From contig CAYVYJ010000003.1 of NCBI GenBank assembly GCA_964455085.1, positions 7,364 through 71,363 of the forward strand: DNA of 64,000 nucleotides, given 5' to 3'. This document shows positions 60,607 through 64,000 of the stretch, one piece after another (the stretch's first letter is position 1; each line of letters opens with the position of its first letter). Origin of the DNA: an uncultured Planctomycetia bacterium (GTDB lineage Bacteria; Omnitrophota; Gorgyraeia; Duberdicusellales; 4484-171). The translations under genes were made by a program, and so were the position numbers. The notes under the pieces were generated by a model. It was not told where the DNA came from. It ran no database searches and worked only from the letters and a program-made list of their open reading frames with translations.

Positions 60607-61024
60607 ATTTATTTTGTTACCGCTTCTGTTTCTATGTCTTGGTCTATCGATTGGTGAAAAGGTAATCGAGGTTAAAGTCGATAAAAGAGTAGTTGAGACT
60701 GGTGAAATTTTTACCTATCAAATCGATATTCAAAGTGAGCTTGACACTGCCACACTGAAATTACCGGAATTTAAAAACTTTAGCATAGTCTCCCAGAGCC
60801 AATCCCGAAATTACACTTCTAAAGCCGGGGTTAAAAAAGTAATCATTAACTTTACCTATCTTCTCTTTGCGCCGGAGCCGGGAAAATTTACTATTGAGGC
60901 GGTTAGCCTGGAGAGTGAGACTGAAAGCCACCAGAGCCGGGAAATTACCATAACTGTAACCGGGGAATCACTGGAGAAGAAGCGAAAAATCCTTCCCTAC
61001 ATTGAAAAAGGAACCAACCTCTAA
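60590..61024 (+). CDS. Hypothetical secreted protein (signal peptide, beta-rich)
   Basis: Signal peptide LLPLLFLCLGLSIG; no recognisable domain. Confidence 0.35.
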   Translation: MSGLFKFILLPLLFLCLGLSIGEKVIEVKVDKRVVETGEIFTYQIDIQSELDTATLKLPEFKNFSIVSQSQSRNYTSKAGVKKVIINFTYLLFAPEPGKFTIEAVSLESETESHQSREITITVTGESLEKKRKILPYIEKGTNL

Positions 61025-61130
61025 ACTAATCTTTCATCGGCCGCTTAACCTAAGCTAAGCCTTAAGTCATCAGGCATAATTGCTGCGCTAATAAAGGAAA
61101 TTTGCCTCAGTGGGAGAGAAAAGAAATATC

Positions 61131-61158
61131 TTGCCAAAAGTATCACTTATGCTATAAT
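61131..61158 (+). promoter_or_regulatory. Sigma70 promoter of hflKC (TTGCCA-N16-TATAAT); predicts a leaderless or near-leaderless hflK mRNA
   Basis: The -10 ends 7 nt before the hflK ATG at 61166. Confidence 0.45.
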
Positions 61159-61165
61159 TCTGGCT

Positions 61166-62161
61166 ATGGATTTTGAAAGCCAAAACCCCGATGAAATCTT
61201 AAAAAACCTTAAGGAAAAACTTAATTTCCCTAAGACCCAGAAGTTCCAGCTTTTTTTAATCCTGGGAATTTTTCTGGCTATATTCCTTCTAAAAGGGGTT
61301 TTTTATACAATCCAGCCCAATGAAGTAGGAGTGGTCTTACGTTTCGGTAAATTTGTCCGAACTACTCAACCCGGTTTACACTTTAAAATTCCCTTAGGAA
61401 TTGAAAATGTAACCCCGGTTAAGGTAGAGTACGTCTACAAGGATGAGTTTGGATTTCGGACCAAATCCGCTGGTATAAAAACCGTCTACAGCCAAAAGTC
61501 ATACGCTGATGAGTCGTTAATGCTCACCGGGGATTTAAACGTTTTGAATTTAGAGTGGATTGTCCAGTTTAAAATTAATGACCCTTACAAAGCTCTGTTT
61601 AATATTCGAAATCTTAGTAAGACGCTCCGGGATATCTCGGAGTCAGTGATGCGTAAAATTGTTGGCGACTATACTTTTAACGAAATTCTTACCACCAAAC
61701 GAATCGAAGTAAATATCAAGGCTCAAGAAAATATGCAAGAAATCCTTGACGCCTACGGAACTGGTCTTCAAATCGTAACGGTCAAGTTACAAGATGTTAA
61801 CCCGCCGGATACGGTAAAACCGGCATTTAATGAAGTAAACCAAGCTAAGCAGGAAAAAGAAAAGTTAGTCAATGAAGCTTGGAAGGTCTACAACCAAAAA
61901 ATTCCTCAAGCCAGGGGTGAGGCTTCAAAGATGGTTAAGGAAGCTGAAGGTTATGCCTTGGAGAAAGTTAACCGAGCTAAGGGTGAAGCTAAGCGATTTT
62001 TAATTCTCTATGAAGAGTATGCCCGGGCTAAGGAAGTAACCACCAGGCGTTTTTATCTGGAAAATATGGAGGAAATCCTGACCAAAGCCGGTAAGAAATA
62101 TATACTTGACCCTAAAGAGCGGGGGATTTTGTCCTTATTAAAGTTAGAAAATGAACAATAA
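61166..62161 (+). CDS. hflK: FtsH protease modulator HflK (SPFH domain)
   Basis: N-terminal TM, SPFH/band-7 domain, C-terminal coiled coil. Confidence 0.8.
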   Translation: MDFESQNPDEILKNLKEKLNFPKTQKFQLFLILGIFLAIFLLKGVFYTIQPNEVGVVLRFGKFVRTTQPGLHFKIPLGIENVTPVKVEYVYKDEFGFRTKSAGIKTVYSQKSYADESLMLTGDLNVLNLEWIVQFKINDPYKALFNIRNLSKTLRDISESVMRKIVGDYTFNEILTTKRIEVNIKAQENMQEILDAYGTGLQIVTVKLQDVNPPDTVKPAFNEVNQAKQEKEKLVNEAWKVYNQKIPQARGEASKMVKEAEGYALEKVNRAKGEAKRFLILYEEYARAKEVTTRRFYLENMEEILTKAGKKYILDPKERGILSLLKLENEQ

Positions 62162-63101
62162 AAACTTAGGTTTAATTGTTGCCGCTATAGTTGTAGTCCT
62201 GATTTTACTGGGCAATCCTTTCTATATTATTAAGGAAGGCCGCCAAGCCATAATTACTCAATTCGGCCAACCAATCGGTGATCCGGTTACCCAAGCCGGC
62301 CTGCACCTTAAGCTCCCCTTTATTCAAAAAGTTACTTATTTTGAAAAGCGAATATTAGAATGGGACGGCTACCCGAACCAAATACCAACTAAAGATAAAC
62401 GCTATATCTGGGTTGATTCTACTGCCCGCTGGCGGATAAAAAACCCTTTAAAGTTCTTCCAATCGGTTTACGATGAGCGAGGAGCCCAAGCCCGGCTTGA
62501 CGACATAATTGATTCAGCGGTAAGAGATGCGGTTACTTCCCAGAATTTAATCGAGCTGGTACGTTCCAGCAATACAATCGTAACCGATTTAGAAAAAATT
62601 GAAAAAGAGATTGAGTTTATCGATGAAGGTGCATTAGAGACAATAAAGGTAGGCCGGGATAATATCCGCAAAGATATTCTCAAGAAGGCAAAAGAGCTGG
62701 CCCCTCAATATGGAATTGAACTTATTGATGTAAGAATAAAGAGGATAAATTATGTTGAAGAGGTAAGACGTAAAGTCTATGAAAGGATGATTGCCGAACG
62801 TAAACGGGCTGCGGAACAATATCGTTCCGAGGGCCGAGGCATAAGAGCTGAGGTAGAGGGACGTACCGAAAAAGAACTTAAGGGGATTCTCTCCGACGCT
62901 TACCGAAAAGCTCAAGAGATAAAGGGAGGAGCTGATGCCGAGTCTACCAAAATCTATGCTGAAGCTTTCAGCAAAGACTCGGAGTTTTACGCTTTTCTCA
63001 AGACCCTGGAAACCTATAGCAAGACTGTAGATAAGGGTACTACCATTATTCTTACCACCGAAGGAGAGTACTATAAGTATTTAACTAACCCCTCTCCTTA
63101 A
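62151..63101 (+). CDS. hflC: FtsH protease modulator HflC (SPFH domain)
   Basis: SPFH domain paralog overlapping the hflK stop. Confidence 0.8.
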   Translation: MNNKNLGLIVAAIVVVLILLGNPFYIIKEGRQAIITQFGQPIGDPVTQAGLHLKLPFIQKVTYFEKRILEWDGYPNQIPTKDKRYIWVDSTARWRIKNPLKFFQSVYDERGAQARLDDIIDSAVRDAVTSQNLIELVRSSNTIVTDLEKIEKEIEFIDEGALETIKVGRDNIRKDILKKAKELAPQYGIELIDVRIKRINYVEEVRRKVYERMIAERKRAAEQYRSEGRGIRAEVEGRTEKELKGILSDAYRKAQEIKGGADAESTKIYAEAFSKDSEFYAFLKTLETYSKTVDKGTTIILTTEGEYYKYLTNPSP

Positions 63102-63137
63102 AACAGCCTTTTCCAAATTTTAAGAAAAGAGCGGATT

Positions 63138-63989
63138 ATGAATACAGCTATCTTACTTATTTCATGTCCCGATAAAAAAGGTATTAACGCCGCCATTACT
63201 AACTTCGTCTACCAGAATAACGGTAACATTGAGCATGCCGATCAACACATTGACTCCCAATCCAACACTTTTTTTATGCGTATTGAATGGTCGCTGGAGG
63301 GTTTTAAGCTTAGTAAGGATGAGCTAAGCAAAAGTTTTCTTCCTCTGGCCAATAAATTTAATATGAACTGGGAGCTCTACTTCAGTAGCACTCCTACCAA
63401 TGTGGCAATTTTCGCCTCTTACACTACCCACTGCCTATATGATCTTCTGCTTAAATATAAACAAAACTACTTTAATTGTCAGATACCTTTGATTATTAGC
63501 AACTCTCACCAGGCCAAAGACATTGCCAGACGCTTTGGTATAAAGTTCGTTAAATTTCCCATAAACCCGCAAAATAAGCCGGCAGTGGAACAAAAGCAAA
63601 TCGCTCTGCTTAAGAAGGAAAAAGTTGATACCATTGTTTTAGCTCGCTATACTCAAATTTTGACTAGTCAATTTATTGTTGCCTTTCCTAACCGGATTAT
63701 CAACATTCATCACTCTTTTTTGCCAGCCTTCATCGGAAACAATCCTTATCAACAAGCTTATCGGCGGGGGGTAAAAATCATTGGTGCTACCAGCCACTAC
63801 GTTACTGAGCGGCTGGATGCCGGGCCGATTATCGAACAAGATACTACCCGGGTCAATCACCGCGACTCTTTAGCTGATTTAAAGCGTGAAGGTCAGGAAC
63901 TAGAAAGAACAGTGTTAAGCAAAGCTTTACGCTGGCATCTGGAGCGTAAAATACTGGTCTATAATAATAAAACTGTAGTCTTTGATTAA
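63138..63989 (+). CDS. purU: Formyltetrahydrofolate deformylase
   Basis: N-terminal ACT domain plus formyl-transferase core (HHSFLPAF, SHYVTERLDAGPII). Confidence 0.85.
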   Translation: MNTAILLISCPDKKGINAAITNFVYQNNGNIEHADQHIDSQSNTFFMRIEWSLEGFKLSKDELSKSFLPLANKFNMNWELYFSSTPTNVAIFASYTTHCLYDLLLKYKQNYFNCQIPLIISNSHQAKDIARRFGIKFVKFPINPQNKPAVEQKQIALLKKEKVDTIVLARYTQILTSQFIVAFPNRIINIHHSFLPAFIGNNPYQQAYRRGVKIIGATSHYVTERLDAGPIIEQDTTRVNHRDSLADLKREGQELERTVLSKALRWHLERKILVYNNKTVVFD

Positions 63990-64000
63990 ATTTATTACCT

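Overview
This 64 kb window is a gene-dense, almost entirely plus-strand stretch of bacterial chromosome, by eye about 40% GC. It probably belongs to an anaerobe, because it carries a six-gene Rnf complex, a four-subunit pyruvate:ferredoxin oxidoreductase with a ferredoxin, a flavodoxin, and a CcdA/TlpA thiol-disulfide pair. Most of it is core housekeeping. The recognisable genes are ileS-lspA-rluD-aroA, valS, nadC, uvrB, coaX, a CIRCE-controlled groES-groEL, trxA, rnhA, yebC-ruvC-ruvA-scpB, metK-ahcY-pfkA-fba, ilvD, mreBCD-mrdA-rodA, purN, hflKC and purU. RNA genes are tRNA-Arg(ACG), tRNA-Met/Ile2(CAT), tRNA-Val(CAC), tRNA-Thr(CGT) and a tmRNA (ssrA). No CRISPR array, transposase, integrase or rRNA was seen.

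The parts most worth follow-up are:
- the Rnf operon, which is split between rnfG and rnfE by a TMTC/DUF1736-like TPR membrane protein;
- a minus-strand polyamine module (carboxyspermidine dehydrogenase and decarboxylase) paired with a small pyruvoyl AdoMetDC-family homolog behind a long leader;
- a radical-SAM plus DUF2344 pair translationally coupled to rodA at the end of the elongasome operon;
- an AT-rich cluster upstream of tRNA-Arg encoding a PilZ protein, a stand-alone Cas4/AddB-like Fe-S PD-(D/E)XK nuclease, and a membrane SGNH hydrolase;
- c-di-GMP components (PilZ, a PAS plus HD-GYP protein) and several structured intergenic hairpins.

All product calls rest on motif-level reading of the translated ORFs. 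No database search was run.
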